From assembly GCA_934229625.1 (NCBI GenBank), contig CAKQDU010000001.1, positions 83,078 through 147,077 of the forward strand: a stretch of DNA of 64,000 bases. The letters are read 5' to 3'. The notes beneath the pieces are model-generated. The model had not been told where the DNA came from. It saw only the letters and a program-made list of their open reading frames with translations, and did not search any database. The position numbers were made by a program, and so were the translations under genes. The DNA is from an uncultured Alphaproteobacteria bacterium (GTDB lineage Bacteria; Pseudomonadota; Alphaproteobacteria; RF32; CAG-239). This document shows, piece after piece, positions 19,489 to 28,247 of this stretch (its first letter is position 1; the number at the start of each line of letters is the position of its first letter).

Positions 19489-19510
19489 CAGCGAAAATGA
19501 AAGATTTGTG

Positions 19511-19864
19511 ATGGAAAAAATACCGCATTTACATCAACATGAAAATGAAAAACATCTGCAAGATGTGCCGGATGAAAAAGCATTTATCCGTACGGCTGAA
19601 ACTTTTCAGCTGATTTCTGACGCTACGCGTCTAAAAATTTTGTGGCTACTGTGTCATAACGAAATTTGTGTAAATAATATAGCCGTATCGCTCAATATGA
19701 GTTCTCCAGCGGTTTCGCATCATTTGCGTCTGCTGAAACAAGCCGGACTTATTGAAAATCGCCGCGAAGGCAAAGAAATGTATTATAAGCTGACTGCAAC
19801 GGCCGAGGCTGCTTTGCTTCACCGCGCGCTGGATGATATATTGGACATCAAATGTCCGCTTTAG
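19511..19864 (+). CDS. ArsR/SmtB-family transcriptional regulator
   Basis: Winged-HTH segment LKILWLLCHNEICVNNIAVSLNMSSPAVSHHLRLLKQAGLI. Confidence 0.7.
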   Translation: MEKIPHLHQHENEKHLQDVPDEKAFIRTAETFQLISDATRLKILWLLCHNEICVNNIAVSLNMSSPAVSHHLRLLKQAGLIENRREGKEMYYKLTATAEAALLHRALDDILDIKCPL

Positions 19865-19923
19865 AAAATGAAAAATCTTCGGCTTTATATAAAGGCGAAG
19901 ATTCTTTGATTATCCTAACAAAA

Positions 19924-20205
19924 TTAGTATTCATAACGTACTTCCCAACGGAAATCGGACGGCTCTTTAGGGCAAAAATAATAACCTAAAAGCTGATGAT
20001 TTTCAGCTAAAATACGCCAATTACCGGGAATTGTGGAATTAATTTCCAAAACAGGAACTTTGTCTATCGACCATACAGACTTATTGCTGTACTTACCGTT
20101 GAAGGTCATAGAATGTGTGTTGTGACTGACTCGTTTGCCTTTCACACACTTTAAAGGAATAACTTTGTTTTCCTTTAATTCATTAAGTTCAATTTTTTTA
20201 GCCAT
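19924..20205 (-). CDS. hypothetical protein
   Basis: 93-aa ORF, no recognisable domain. Confidence 0.35.
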   Translation of the reverse strand: MAKKIELNELKENKVIPLKCVKGKRVSHNTHSMTFNGKYSNKSVWSIDKVPVLEINSTIPGNWRILAENHQLLGYYFCPKEPSDFRWEVRYEY

Positions 20206-20334
20206 AATTATAAAATATTAGTGAAACAAAATAATTTAAAATACTTAGTATATATAGTTTCCTAAATTCAAAATGTAAAGAACTTTCGGTGTTTTTATTC
20301 AGAATGCGTTTCTGCGTGGTGATTAAAAAAATTG

Positions 20335-20736
20335 TCAGTTTTGTTTTTTGTTTTTTTTCCAAGCTTCTTCGGTCATTTCTTTGCTTTCATCCCAAAGTTC
20401 TTCAGATTTTTCTGAAATTTTATGGGCCATTTTTTGTGAATTTTCTTTAGTTTTATCCCATAATTCTTCAGCTTTTTCCGTGAAGTTATCTTTAGCAGTA
20501 TGTAATGTTTCTTTAGCTCTGTTTAAATTATGTCTGGTTTGGTTTTGCATTCTAACATCTCCTTTCTGATGTATTTGCGTTGTTTTTTGGATAGCGGCCG
20601 TAGTTTGTCTGACTTGCAAAATAGATTGCTCGGCTGTAGGCGTATAATTTTTTTCCTGTAAATTCAATTTACGCCCTGTATAGCAGACCAAACCAGCCAA
20701 AACAACCACGGTCAGCGTTTTATATAAAATGCGCAT
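20335..20736 (-). CDS. hypothetical secreted/membrane-anchored protein with tandem EELWDxxKE repeats
   Basis: Start placed at the Met preceded by AAAGGAGA SD. N-terminal hydrophobic segment. Repeated EKAEELWDKTKEN / EKSEELWDESKEM units. Confidence 0.5.
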   Translation of the reverse strand: MRILYKTLTVVVLAGLVCYTGRKLNLQEKNYTPTAEQSILQVRQTTAAIQKTTQIHQKGDVRMQNQTRHNLNRAKETLHTAKDNFTEKAEELWDKTKENSQKMAHKISEKSEELWDESKEMTEEAWKKNKKQN

Positions 20737-20914
20737 AATTTTTTCTCCTTTGACTATTCTGGAAAATATATAAATACTGCTGTGCATATTTTTATCTAAT
20801 AAAAAGGTTAGGCCGTTTTTATTAAAAACTGTGCAAAAGTTGCGGCAAGTGTATACTTTTGTTCAATTTTAGTTAGAATAAACTTGTTTGATATACTTTT
20901 AAAAGGAGCGTAAT

Positions 20915-21370
20915 ATGAAAAAAATTTTAAGTACATTAGCGGTTTTGTCCGTTGTATGTTTAGCCGGCACAGCTCACGCTGTAGACAGTACAGGAGGTTG
21001 CGGCTTAGGCTCTATGGCTTGGCGCGGTCAAAGCGGTGTGATTCCTCAGTCTTTGGCTATGACAACTAACTCTTGGTTTTCTAACACTATCGGTGTAACA
21101 ATGGGAACTTCCGGCTGCGACCCTAACGGTCGTGTAACAGGCGGTACAGGCCGTATGACTTTGGCCTTTTTGCAAGATAATATGGAACAGTTTGCTATGG
21201 ACGCTGCTGCAGGACATGGTGAAACTATTGAAACTTTGGCCGGCATTTTGGATGTTGACAGCGAAACCTTAGGTAAAGAAGTTCAACAAAAGTTTGCTTA
21301 TATTTTCCCTAATGACAATGTAGAGGCTGCTGATGTGGCTTTGAAAGTTATGGAAATTGCCAGAGCTTAA
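20915..21370 (+). CDS. DUF3015-like secreted protein
   Basis: Signal peptide, GGCGLGSMAW and TSGCDPNG segments reminiscent of DUF3015. RBS AAGGAG. Confidence 0.45.
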   Translation: MKKILSTLAVLSVVCLAGTAHAVDSTGGCGLGSMAWRGQSGVIPQSLAMTTNSWFSNTIGVTMGTSGCDPNGRVTGGTGRMTLAFLQDNMEQFAMDAAAGHGETIETLAGILDVDSETLGKEVQQKFAYIFPNDNVEAADVALKVMEIARA

Positions 21371-21443
21371 TTTCTAAAATACGGGGAGAGCCGTTCTGTT
21401 ACCGAAAATAATTTTACGGTGAAAAAAGAACGGCTCTTTTGTT

Positions 21444-23243
21444 TTGTATATGTATAAGTTTTTGATTTTTTTGAGTGCTTTATGGTGGTGCAACGCGGCA
21501 ATGGCGGCGGAAATTCCGGCGTATGACGAGGCGTGGCTTAAATTGTTGCATTATCATAAAACGCTCGGCGGCTATCGTGGTTTGGTAGAAAATCAGGATT
21601 TTTATATAAGTCCGGACGGACGGGAAAATCCCATTGCAGAATTTGAGGCGGAAATTAAGGCTTTTGCTGATGGAGCAGAAAAGTGCCGTTTTCCGGCAAG
21701 ATTCAATTATTTGAAACAGTTGGGAAAAGTGCAGGGTGATTTAAAAAATTGCAATGATTATCAGCAATTTATGCAAGATGTGCGTCCGAATGGTATTACT
21801 ATTTTGTTTACCAATGCTTATATGAGTAATCCGGCTTCGTTGTTCGGTCATACGCTGGTGCGTATAGATACGGCGCGCAAAGGGACGCAAATGTTAGCGC
21901 ACGGTTCAAATTTTGGGGCGGATTCCGGAACAGAACACGGTGTTATGTTCGCACTCAAAGGCTTATTCGGCGGATATCTTGGAGTATATAGCGTCAGTCC
22001 GTATTGGGAAATAATAAATACCTACAATAATATCGAAAATAGAGATATTTGGGAATATAATCTTAATTTAACAGATGAAGAAAAACAAAAGTTTGTCGAC
22101 CATCTTTACGAAATGCGGCAAGCCAAAATCCGCTACTATTTTTTAAGTAAAAACTGCTCGTATCTGATTTTGGAATTACTGGAGGCGGTGCGCCCGAGTT
22201 TGGAGCTGACCAGACAATATCCGGCGTGGGTAATTCCGTTGGATACGCTCAAAACAATCAATAACGAGCCGAATTTGGTTAAGTCACAAAACTATCGTCC
22301 GGCGCGCTATACGCAAATTCAAAATTTGATAAAAGCAATGAATAAGCAACAATATGCCGCATTTTTGCGCGGTATAAAAGAATATGATTTTACGGCGGAA
22401 AATTTATCAGATGAGGAAAAATCAGCTGTTTATGAGGCGATTTATCAATATTTTCAATATGAATACACCGCTGGAAATATGCCGCTGAAAGAATATCGAA
22501 AGGCTAGTTTCGGCGTGTTGCGCAAACGCAGCGCTTTGCCGATTGGGGAAAAAGTTCAGCCAGTTGGTGAAAATCCGGCGTTGTCGCACGATTCTATGCA
22601 AATATCATTCAGCGGCGGGGCGGAACGCCATAAAAGCTTTGAAGAAGTGGAAATCCGTCCGGCTTATACGGCGTTGACAGATAGCAGTTTCGGATTGGTT
22701 AAAGGGGCGGAAATCAGCGTGATGTCCAGCAAATGGCGCTATTATAACCAATCTCACAAAACTGTTTTGCAAAATTTTGCGCCGATAAAAATTAAATCCT
22801 TAGTGCCGGCGGGCAGGGTGTTTGACCCGATTTCTTATGCCATCGGTGCGGAAATTAAACGCGATTATAATCCGCAGAATTATGATGAAGGTTATGTCGG
22901 TTACGGCTATGGCGGAGTAGGTAAAACCATTGCGTTTCCGGCAAATATTTGGCTTTATGGTTTGCTGAAAGTTAACGGTGCGTACGGCGGTTTTATTCCG
23001 CACAACAGCTGGGGCGGATTGGCGCCGGAAATTGGAATTTTAAAAGATTTTGGCGCGGTGCGGCTGCATTTTAACGCCGAAAAAACATGGGCTACCCGTA
23101 AATTCGGCGACAGGCTGATTTATAAAGCTGCCGCTTCGCTAGGTATAACGGATAATTTATCGCTGGAAATCGGCTATGAGGGAAGTCACAATATTGGCCG
23201 CAACAGCGAAAGCTGGCAGCTTTGGCTGCAAAAAAGCTTCTGA
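21444..23243 (+). CDS. DUF4105 (Lnb N-terminal domain) protein with C-terminal beta-rich domain
   Basis: 599 aa, signal peptide. AWLKLLHYHKT...YISPDGRENP...CRFPARFNYL pattern typical of DUF4105. Confidence 0.5.
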   Translation: MYMYKFLIFLSALWWCNAAMAAEIPAYDEAWLKLLHYHKTLGGYRGLVENQDFYISPDGRENPIAEFEAEIKAFADGAEKCRFPARFNYLKQLGKVQGDLKNCNDYQQFMQDVRPNGITILFTNAYMSNPASLFGHTLVRIDTARKGTQMLAHGSNFGADSGTEHGVMFALKGLFGGYLGVYSVSPYWEIINTYNNIENRDIWEYNLNLTDEEKQKFVDHLYEMRQAKIRYYFLSKNCSYLILELLEAVRPSLELTRQYPAWVIPLDTLKTINNEPNLVKSQNYRPARYTQIQNLIKAMNKQQYAAFLRGIKEYDFTAENLSDEEKSAVYEAIYQYFQYEYTAGNMPLKEYRKASFGVLRKRSALPIGEKVQPVGENPALSHDSMQISFSGGAERHKSFEEVEIRPAYTALTDSSFGLVKGAEISVMSSKWRYYNQSHKTVLQNFAPIKIKSLVPAGRVFDPISYAIGAEIKRDYNPQNYDEGYVGYGYGGVGKTIAFPANIWLYGLLKVNGAYGGFIPHNSWGGLAPEIGILKDFGAVRLHFNAEKTWATRKFGDRLIYKAAASLGITDNLSLEIGYEGSHNIGRNSESWQLWLQKSF

Positions 23244-23249
23244 AATTTC

Positions 23250-23310
23250 TTGACAAAAATTACAAAATAGGATAAATAAAAGACATAATTTTATTTTTAT
23301 GTGTAACTTA
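23250..23310 (+). promoter_or_regulatory. conserved promoter-leader cassette (TTGACA-N17-TAAATA; leader CATAATTTTATTTTTATGT)
   Basis: Sequence identity with the cassettes at 879, 25299 and 26600. Confidence 0.55.
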
Positions 23311-23323
23311 AATTATTTGGCTT

Positions 23324-23794
23324 ATGAATTTTTATCGTAATTTTATGGCTAAGCATGAGGAAAAAATTTCCGGCTTTGAAGTTCTTTTAATGCTTGTTAT
23401 TACCGCATTTTTAGGAGAAATGTTTATTTTTTCCTTGTCTGTGGCGGATAGAACATCTAGCTTGGTTCTTTTTGTGATGCTTGTTTTAAGCTTGGCGTCT
23501 GTTCATTACTTTTGGGTGTTTTTGGCAGACTATAAACAGTTTGGCAAGGATATTGATGAGGCCTGTAAGCAAGCAGAAAAGAAATGGGGCGAGGCTAAGA
23601 AAAAATTTGAAAAAGAAAAGGATGCTGAATTTAGGATTGCATTTAGAAAAATTAAGCTGGATGTGGTTAAGTTTTGTATCTGTTTTCTGCCCGTAGGTTT
23701 GCTCGGGTATAAAGTTGACTGGTTGCCGATTTTTCATAATGTAAATGAATGGCTGAATGTACTGAGCAATATCTTTGTTGGAATTTTAAACTAA
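23324..23794 (+). CDS. small membrane protein, family A copy 1
   Basis: 156 aa. Paralog of 26673-27155, collinear similarity (VLFVMLVLSLASVHYFWVFLADYKQFGK... versus VLFAMLILGLLSIYWFSVFLADNKKFAK...). Confidence 0.5.
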   Translation: MNFYRNFMAKHEEKISGFEVLLMLVITAFLGEMFIFSLSVADRTSSLVLFVMLVLSLASVHYFWVFLADYKQFGKDIDEACKQAEKKWGEAKKKFEKEKDAEFRIAFRKIKLDVVKFCICFLPVGLLGYKVDWLPIFHNVNEWLNVLSNIFVGILN

Positions 23795-23799
23795 ATTTA

Positions 23800-23838
23800 A
23801 AAACTGCGGAGATATAACAATTTCCGCGTTTTTTTATT
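23800..23838 (+). terminator. intrinsic terminator
   Basis: gcggagatataacaatttccgc hairpin plus TTTTTTT. Confidence 0.6.
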
Positions 23839-23845
23839 TTAAAAC

Positions 23846-23910
23846 TTGACAAAATATCAAAATATCTTAGAGTAACTGACATAGTTTTATTTTTATGTAT
23901 AATTTAAATT
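23846..23910 (+). promoter_or_regulatory. variant promoter-leader cassette (TTGACA ... TTTTATTTTTATGT)
   Basis: Shares the -35 element and leader core with the other cassettes. Confidence 0.45.
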
Positions 23911-23918
23911 ATTAAGGT

Positions 23919-24362
23919 ATGAAAAATGTTTTATATGTTTTATTTGTTGGATGGCTTATATATTTAGGCATTCCTATGCTGTTTGTCACAAAATTTGGCA
24001 TTATAGCATTGTTTATTTTTTCTTTTTGTCTTTCGATGTTTATCGTTAGGCTAATTAAAAATAATGAAAAGTACGAGCTGTATTCGGATATTTATGATAA
24101 AATAGAAGCTGCTCGAACTGATTGTATAGATTCAGAAACAAAGATTAAGGAAATTTTGGACGAATATAATCTTAATATTGACGCATTTAAAATTGTCGGT
24201 TTGGAAATATTGAACAGAAAGTCGGAGGCGCGTACTGCTTCTGTAGATAATGAACATGCGATTCTATATACTTTGTTACTTGGGTCGTTATTTGTATTTC
24301 CGGCTATGATTGATGAGCCTTTTACGATTATAAATAAATTTTGGGAATCTGTGATATTTTAG
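23919..24362 (+). CDS. small membrane protein, family B copy 1
   Basis: 147 aa. Paralog of 26099-26545 (shared EKYELYSDIYDK / EKYELYSEVYDK and NLDI motifs). Confidence 0.5.
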   Translation: MKNVLYVLFVGWLIYLGIPMLFVTKFGIIALFIFSFCLSMFIVRLIKNNEKYELYSDIYDKIEAARTDCIDSETKIKEILDEYNLNIDAFKIVGLEILNRKSEARTASVDNEHAILYTLLLGSLFVFPAMIDEPFTIINKFWESVIF

Positions 24363-24480
24363 AACAGAGTGATAAAAAACGTGAAAGCGATAAAGTTTTT
24401 GCCGTTTTTATATATAAATCCATGCAGAAAAGAGAGATTTATCAGTTTGGCTGAAAAATCTCTTTTTTTGTGCAATTATC

Positions 24481-24557
24481 TTGACAAAAAAACAAAGATA
24501 TGTTTAATATAAAATGAATTTTGTATATTTATGTTTAATTTTTAATTCTTTTTTATT
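24481..24557 (+). promoter_or_regulatory. promoter TTGACA-N18-TAATAT plus type-2 leader (TATGTTTAATTTTTAATTCTTTTTTATTATG)
   Basis: The last 36 nt are identical to 25349-25384. Confidence 0.5.
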
Positions 24558-25199
24558 ATGATTGTAAATATTAATGCAAGTGCTGATAGTCCTGTTTATT
24601 TTGAGCTGAACGAAGCTGATGAAATTGTTATCGTCGGTGACAAAAAGGATGAGCTACTACGTTATTATATGGGTAAAAGTTTAAATGGACCTGAAATAAA
24701 ACATCCAACAAGACCGAAATTGTGTGTTGATGACTGTAAGGATTGGCATATTATCGTTACATTTAGATGCACTCAGAATGTTATGGTTAATGGTCTAGTT
24801 GCCGAGTTAACTAATGATATTGTAGTTCATGGTTTAGTTGCTGAGGTAATTAAGGAGTGTTTAAAAAAAGGTTCTTCATTTGATTACAAAGATGAAAATT
24901 TGCATTTTGTGGATGAACAAATACAGTTAAAAAGTAAGGTTGATATTCTTGAAAGATGTGTTAGACGTCTCGCAAAAATGCAAAATAAGGTTAATACTAT
25001 AGAAGGTCATATTGCTGGTTTTGCGCAAATGCAAAATAGAATTAACACACTTGAAAACTGTGTGAAACGTCTTGCGCAAATGCTTAATAAGGTTAATACT
25101 AACAGACGCTCTATTGCAGGTAATATTGATATTCTTGCACGTAAACTCAAGGATATTGAAGATGACCGTAATCACGCATACGATGATTGGCAGAGTTAA
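24558..25199 (+). CDS. coiled-coil protein with two ~35-aa C-terminal repeats
   Basis: 213 aa. Repeats ERCVRRLAKMQNKVNTIEGHIAGFAQMQNRINTL / ENCVKRLAQMLNKVNTNRRSIAGNIDILARKLKDI. Confidence 0.45.
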   Translation: MIVNINASADSPVYFELNEADEIVIVGDKKDELLRYYMGKSLNGPEIKHPTRPKLCVDDCKDWHIIVTFRCTQNVMVNGLVAELTNDIVVHGLVAEVIKECLKKGSSFDYKDENLHFVDEQIQLKSKVDILERCVRRLAKMQNKVNTIEGHIAGFAQMQNRINTLENCVKRLAQMLNKVNTNRRSIAGNIDILARKLKDIEDDRNHAYDDWQS

Positions 25200-25254
25200 A
25201 TTTGATAATGAGCCTTATTATAACTAATAGCTTTTTACCATGTATTTATCTAAA

Positions 25255-25289
25255 TTCAAAGAAACTGTGAAGTCATTATGATTTCACAG
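25255..25289 (+). terminator. intrinsic terminator (ctgtgaagtcat / atgatttcacag plus T8); identical copy at 26555-26588
   Basis: Near-perfect 12-bp stem with one mismatch, then TTTTTTTT. Confidence 0.7.
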
Positions 25290-25298
25290 TTTTTTTTG

Positions 25299-25384
25299 TT
25301 TAAAATGATTGACAAAAATTAAAAGCATCGCTAAACTAAATACATAATTTTATATTTATGTTTAATTTTTAATTCTTTTTTATT
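25299..25384 (+). promoter_or_regulatory. conserved promoter-leader cassette (TTGACA-N17-TAAACT) fused to type-2 leader
   Basis: About 110 bp including the upstream terminator is near-identical to 26550-26660. Confidence 0.6.
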
Positions 25385-25966
25385 ATGAGTGCAGAATTTT
25401 GGAATTATGTTACAAATCATCATTTGGATGTTTTTGTATTTGTTGCAATGTGTGTAATGTTTTTTTCATGTCTGCTGTTAACAATTTTATTTTTTGTTTT
25501 TAAACAAAATTATAAATGCAAGCAGCAGGAAACGGAAGGTAAACTTCTTGAGGCAGAGCGCAAGCAGCAAGAAGCGGAAAGCAAACTTCTTGAGGCAGAA
25601 CGCAAGCAGCAAGAAATCAACCAGCAGTTTCAACAAGCCAGGAAAAAACTTTTTGAGTCTGAAAAACTTCGCTTTAGCATGGTCGGAATTCCCGGAGATG
25701 AATATTGGAAAAGCGCCATTTCTAAATACGAAATATTTAGAACGTATGACGATTTTAACGATGAAAGCAAAATGAAGCGCCAAGCTATCGCTCTCCAAAT
25801 TTTTAAAATGCCGAACAAAGAGTTTACAAAGGCTGAATTGTACAAACAATTTAAGCAGTTGTATAAGGACTATATTGGCATTTTGCCTGGTTATGATGTC
25901 ATGAAGCCTGCCAAAGAATATATATTGAAATCTATTTATACCGAATTGTACTTTAGTGTAAGTTAA
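25385..25966 (+). CDS. membrane-anchored coiled-coil protein with tandem KLLEAERKQQE repeats
   Basis: 193 aa. N-terminal TM helix. 42-bp tandem DNA repeat at 25541-25615. Confidence 0.5.
   Translation: MSAEFWNYVTNHHLDVFVFVAMCVMFFSCLLLTILFFVFKQNYKCKQQETEGKLLEAERKQQEAESKLLEAERKQQEINQQFQQARKKLFESEKLRFSMVGIPGDEYWKSAISKYEIFRTYDDFNDESKMKRQAIALQIFKMPNKEFTKAELYKQFKQLYKDYIGILPGYDVMKPAKEYILKSIYTELYFSVS
25541..25615 (+). repeat. about 1.8 copies of a 42-bp in-frame tandem repeat
   Basis: aaacttcttgaggcagagcgcaagcagcaagaagcggaaagc repeated with one substitution. Confidence 0.8.
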
Positions 25967-26098
25967 TACATTACTTAATAGATATTACCCCGAATTTACA
26001 GGTGAATATCTATAGAAAAGCCAACTTTCAGGCTTTTTCTTATTGCTGCAATACGTTATATTGATTTTCAATAGTTCTCATTTTAAATTATTAAGCGC

Positions 26099-26545
26099 AT
26101 GAAAAAGTATGTATATGTTTTTGGTATCTTATGGTTAATAGCTATAGGTGTACCATTATTATTTAATCCAACCATTGCTTTAGGAGTTGTGTTTTTTCTA
26201 TCGTGCATCGGCGTTCCATTTTGGGCATCAGAATTTGAAAAAATTGAAAAATATGAGCTTTATTCTGAAGTGTATGATAAGTTATATGCTATTAAGGAAG
26301 AAAATTTTGATGTATATTATAAGACTCAAAAAATTTTAGCTTCATATAATCTTGATATTTGGACTAAGAATGCTTTAAATATCGTTAAATCTAAAAGAGA
26401 TGCTGCTTTTGAGGAGTGTCAGGAAAATTATGTAACTTTTAGATTTTCGCCTATAGTTATAATAATATGGTTTATGTTACCATTGTTTGGAAATGAGGCT
26501 CCTTTTGAAGTGGTTTGGGGATTTTGGAAGACAATGATACTTTAA
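26099..26545 (+). CDS. small membrane protein, family B copy 2
   Basis: 148 aa paralog of 23919-24362. Confidence 0.5.
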   Translation: MKKYVYVFGILWLIAIGVPLLFNPTIALGVVFFLSCIGVPFWASEFEKIEKYELYSEVYDKLYAIKEENFDVYYKTQKILASYNLDIWTKNALNIVKSKRDAAFEECQENYVTFRFSPIVIIIWFMLPLFGNEAPFEVVWGFWKTMIL

Positions 26546-26554
26546 TGATAAAAA

Positions 26555-26588
26555 AACTGTGAAGTCATTATGATTTCACAGTTTTTTT
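26555..26588 (+). terminator. intrinsic terminator, copy of 25255-25289
   Basis: Identical hairpin plus T-run. Confidence 0.7.
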
Positions 26589-26599
26589 GTTTAAAATGA

Positions 26600-26672
26600 T
26601 TGACAAAAATTAAAAATATTACTAAACTAAACGCATAATTTTATTTTTATGTTTTACTCAAATTATTAGCTT
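26600..26672 (+). promoter_or_regulatory. conserved promoter-leader cassette (TTGACA 26600-26605, N17, TAAACT 26623-26628)
   Basis: Identical core to the cassettes at 879 and 25299. Confidence 0.6.
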
Positions 26673-27155
26673 ATGATTTTGAATGAGATTAACAACTATG
26701 AGGAAAAAATTGCAAAAGAAGAAAAATACTCTGAATTTGCGTTTTTTGTAGGTGTGATTTATGTAATGTTTTTTGGCTTTGCATTTATTCATTCCCTGTC
26801 TTCAGCGGATAAAACTTCAAGTTTTGTTTTATTTGCAATGCTGATTTTAGGACTGTTGTCTATCTATTGGTTTTCAGTATTTTTGGCGGATAATAAGAAA
26901 TTTGCTAAAGAAGTATTTAAAGCTTGGAGACAAAGTGAAAAAATGTGGGGAGATGCTAAAGAAAAGTTTGACAAAGAAAAAAATGCCGAATTTGAAATTA
27001 TGAGTAAAAAAGTTAAGGGCAATATTGTTAAATTTGGAATTTTCTTTTTCTCTACTGCCTTGTTGAGTTTAAAAGTTGATTGGCTGACTGTTTTCCATAA
27101 TATGGCAGAATGGCTGCATAATTTAGGAGCTATCTTTGTTGGAATTTTCAGCTAG
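26673..27155 (+). CDS. small membrane protein, family A copy 2
   Basis: 160 aa paralog of 23324-23794. Confidence 0.5.
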   Translation: MILNEINNYEEKIAKEEKYSEFAFFVGVIYVMFFGFAFIHSLSSADKTSSFVLFAMLILGLLSIYWFSVFLADNKKFAKEVFKAWRQSEKMWGDAKEKFDKEKNAEFEIMSKKVKGNIVKFGIFFFSTALLSLKVDWLTVFHNMAEWLHNLGAIFVGIFS

Positions 27156-27161
27156 ATTCAA

Positions 27162-27198
27162 AAAAACAGTGAAATCGTTAGGACTTCACTGTTTTTTT
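27162..27198. terminator. bidirectional terminator of the same hairpin family (cagtgaaatc / gacttcactg)
   Basis: Hairpin flanked by A7 and T7, between convergent A2 and def. Confidence 0.6.
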
Positions 27199-27199
27199 G

Positions 27200-27742
27200 T
27201 TATTTCTTTTGTTCAGCTTCTCTGGCTTTGTCTTCATAGTATTTATCTAGTTTTTTTAAAAGCCTGCTGCGTTTTAGGCGGCTCAAGTGGTCAATGTATA
27301 AAATGCCATCCAGATGGTCTATTTCATGCTGCAAGATAATAGCTAAAAAATCATCAGCCAAAATCTCTTGTTCTTTGCCGTTATAGTCAACATAGCGCAC
27401 ACGGACTTTTTCGTGACGCTCCACATCGGCGCTTTGATTTGGCAGGGAAAGACACCCCTCGCAAAACAGCACAGTTTCTTCCGATTTCCAGATAATTTCA
27501 GGATTTACTAAATACATCGGGCGGCGAGCAGATAAATCTTCATCGCTTGGGTTAGGGTCTATCACAATCACACGCTTATCCGAACCGACTTGCGGAGCAG
27601 CCAAGCCAACACCCTTGTCGGCATACATTGTTTCCAGCATATCGTCTAAAAAGCGGCGCATTTCATCGTCAACTTTTTCTACCTTACGGCATTTTTGCCG
27701 CAAAACATCATCAGGATAAGTATATAATTTCAAAACAGCCAT
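27200..27742 (-). CDS. def: peptide deformylase
   Basis: GVGLAAPQVG, EGCLS and QHEIDHLDG motifs. Confidence 0.9.
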   Translation of the reverse strand: MAVLKLYTYPDDVLRQKCRKVEKVDDEMRRFLDDMLETMYADKGVGLAAPQVGSDKRVIVIDPNPSDEDLSARRPMYLVNPEIIWKSEETVLFCEGCLSLPNQSADVERHEKVRVRYVDYNGKEQEILADDFLAIILQHEIDHLDGILYIDHLSRLKRSRLLKKLDKYYEDKAREAEQKK

Positions 27743-27757
27743 TTTATTCCTTCTTTT

Positions 27758-28246
27758 CTAATTCCTAACCGCGTGGGCAATTTGGTCGAGTAGGGCATTT
27801 ACCATTTTCGGCTCATTTTTTGTAAAGAAAGCATACGCCAAATCAACGTATTCTTGAATAAGAACTTTAGTATCTACCGAAGTGTTTGCCGTTAATTCAT
27901 AAACAGCCGTCAAAAGCAAAGCCTGCATAATACCGTTCATGCGGTCATACGACCATTCGCCGCGCAGATAGGCGTTAAGAGATTTTTCCAAATCCTCTTT
28001 GCGAGATTGAATGCCGCGCACCAATTTTTCAAAATATTCTTTATCAATCGGGCCGACTTCTACCATATTTTCTTTATCTTCGCTTTCGCTGTCATCAATC
28101 ACAAAACGACCGACTTTTCCTTGCACAAAATCTTGAATAACCTCGTCAACCGGCAGCTGACTAAAGGCAATCATATAATTTGCCTGTACGGCGGCCAAAC
28201 GAGCGCCTGATTTCATTTTGATTTTTTCTGAAACAAATTTAGACAT
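27758..28246 (-). CDS. nusB: transcription antitermination factor NusB
   Basis: 162 aa, all-helical. ARLAAVQANY N-terminus and overall NusB pattern. Confidence 0.8.
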   Translation of the reverse strand: MSKFVSEKIKMKSGARLAAVQANYMIAFSQLPVDEVIQDFVQGKVGRFVIDDSESEDKENMVEVGPIDKEYFEKLVRGIQSRKEDLEKSLNAYLRGEWSYDRMNGIMQALLLTAVYELTANTSVDTKVLIQEYVDLAYAFFTKNEPKMVNALLDQIAHAVRN

Positions 28247-28247
28247 T

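Noticed and set aside
19457-19510. N-terminal 18 codons of the ArsR ORF
   Set aside because: A TTGACG-N17-TAATAT promoter lies inside this extension, so translation most plausibly begins at the Met at 19511.
25250-26660. Integron-like gene cassettes with attC sites
   Set aside because: The recurring hairpins are short (about 28 nt), nearly identical between copies and followed by T-runs. They are ordinary intrinsic terminators fused to promoters. No intI and no attC R''/L'' architecture.
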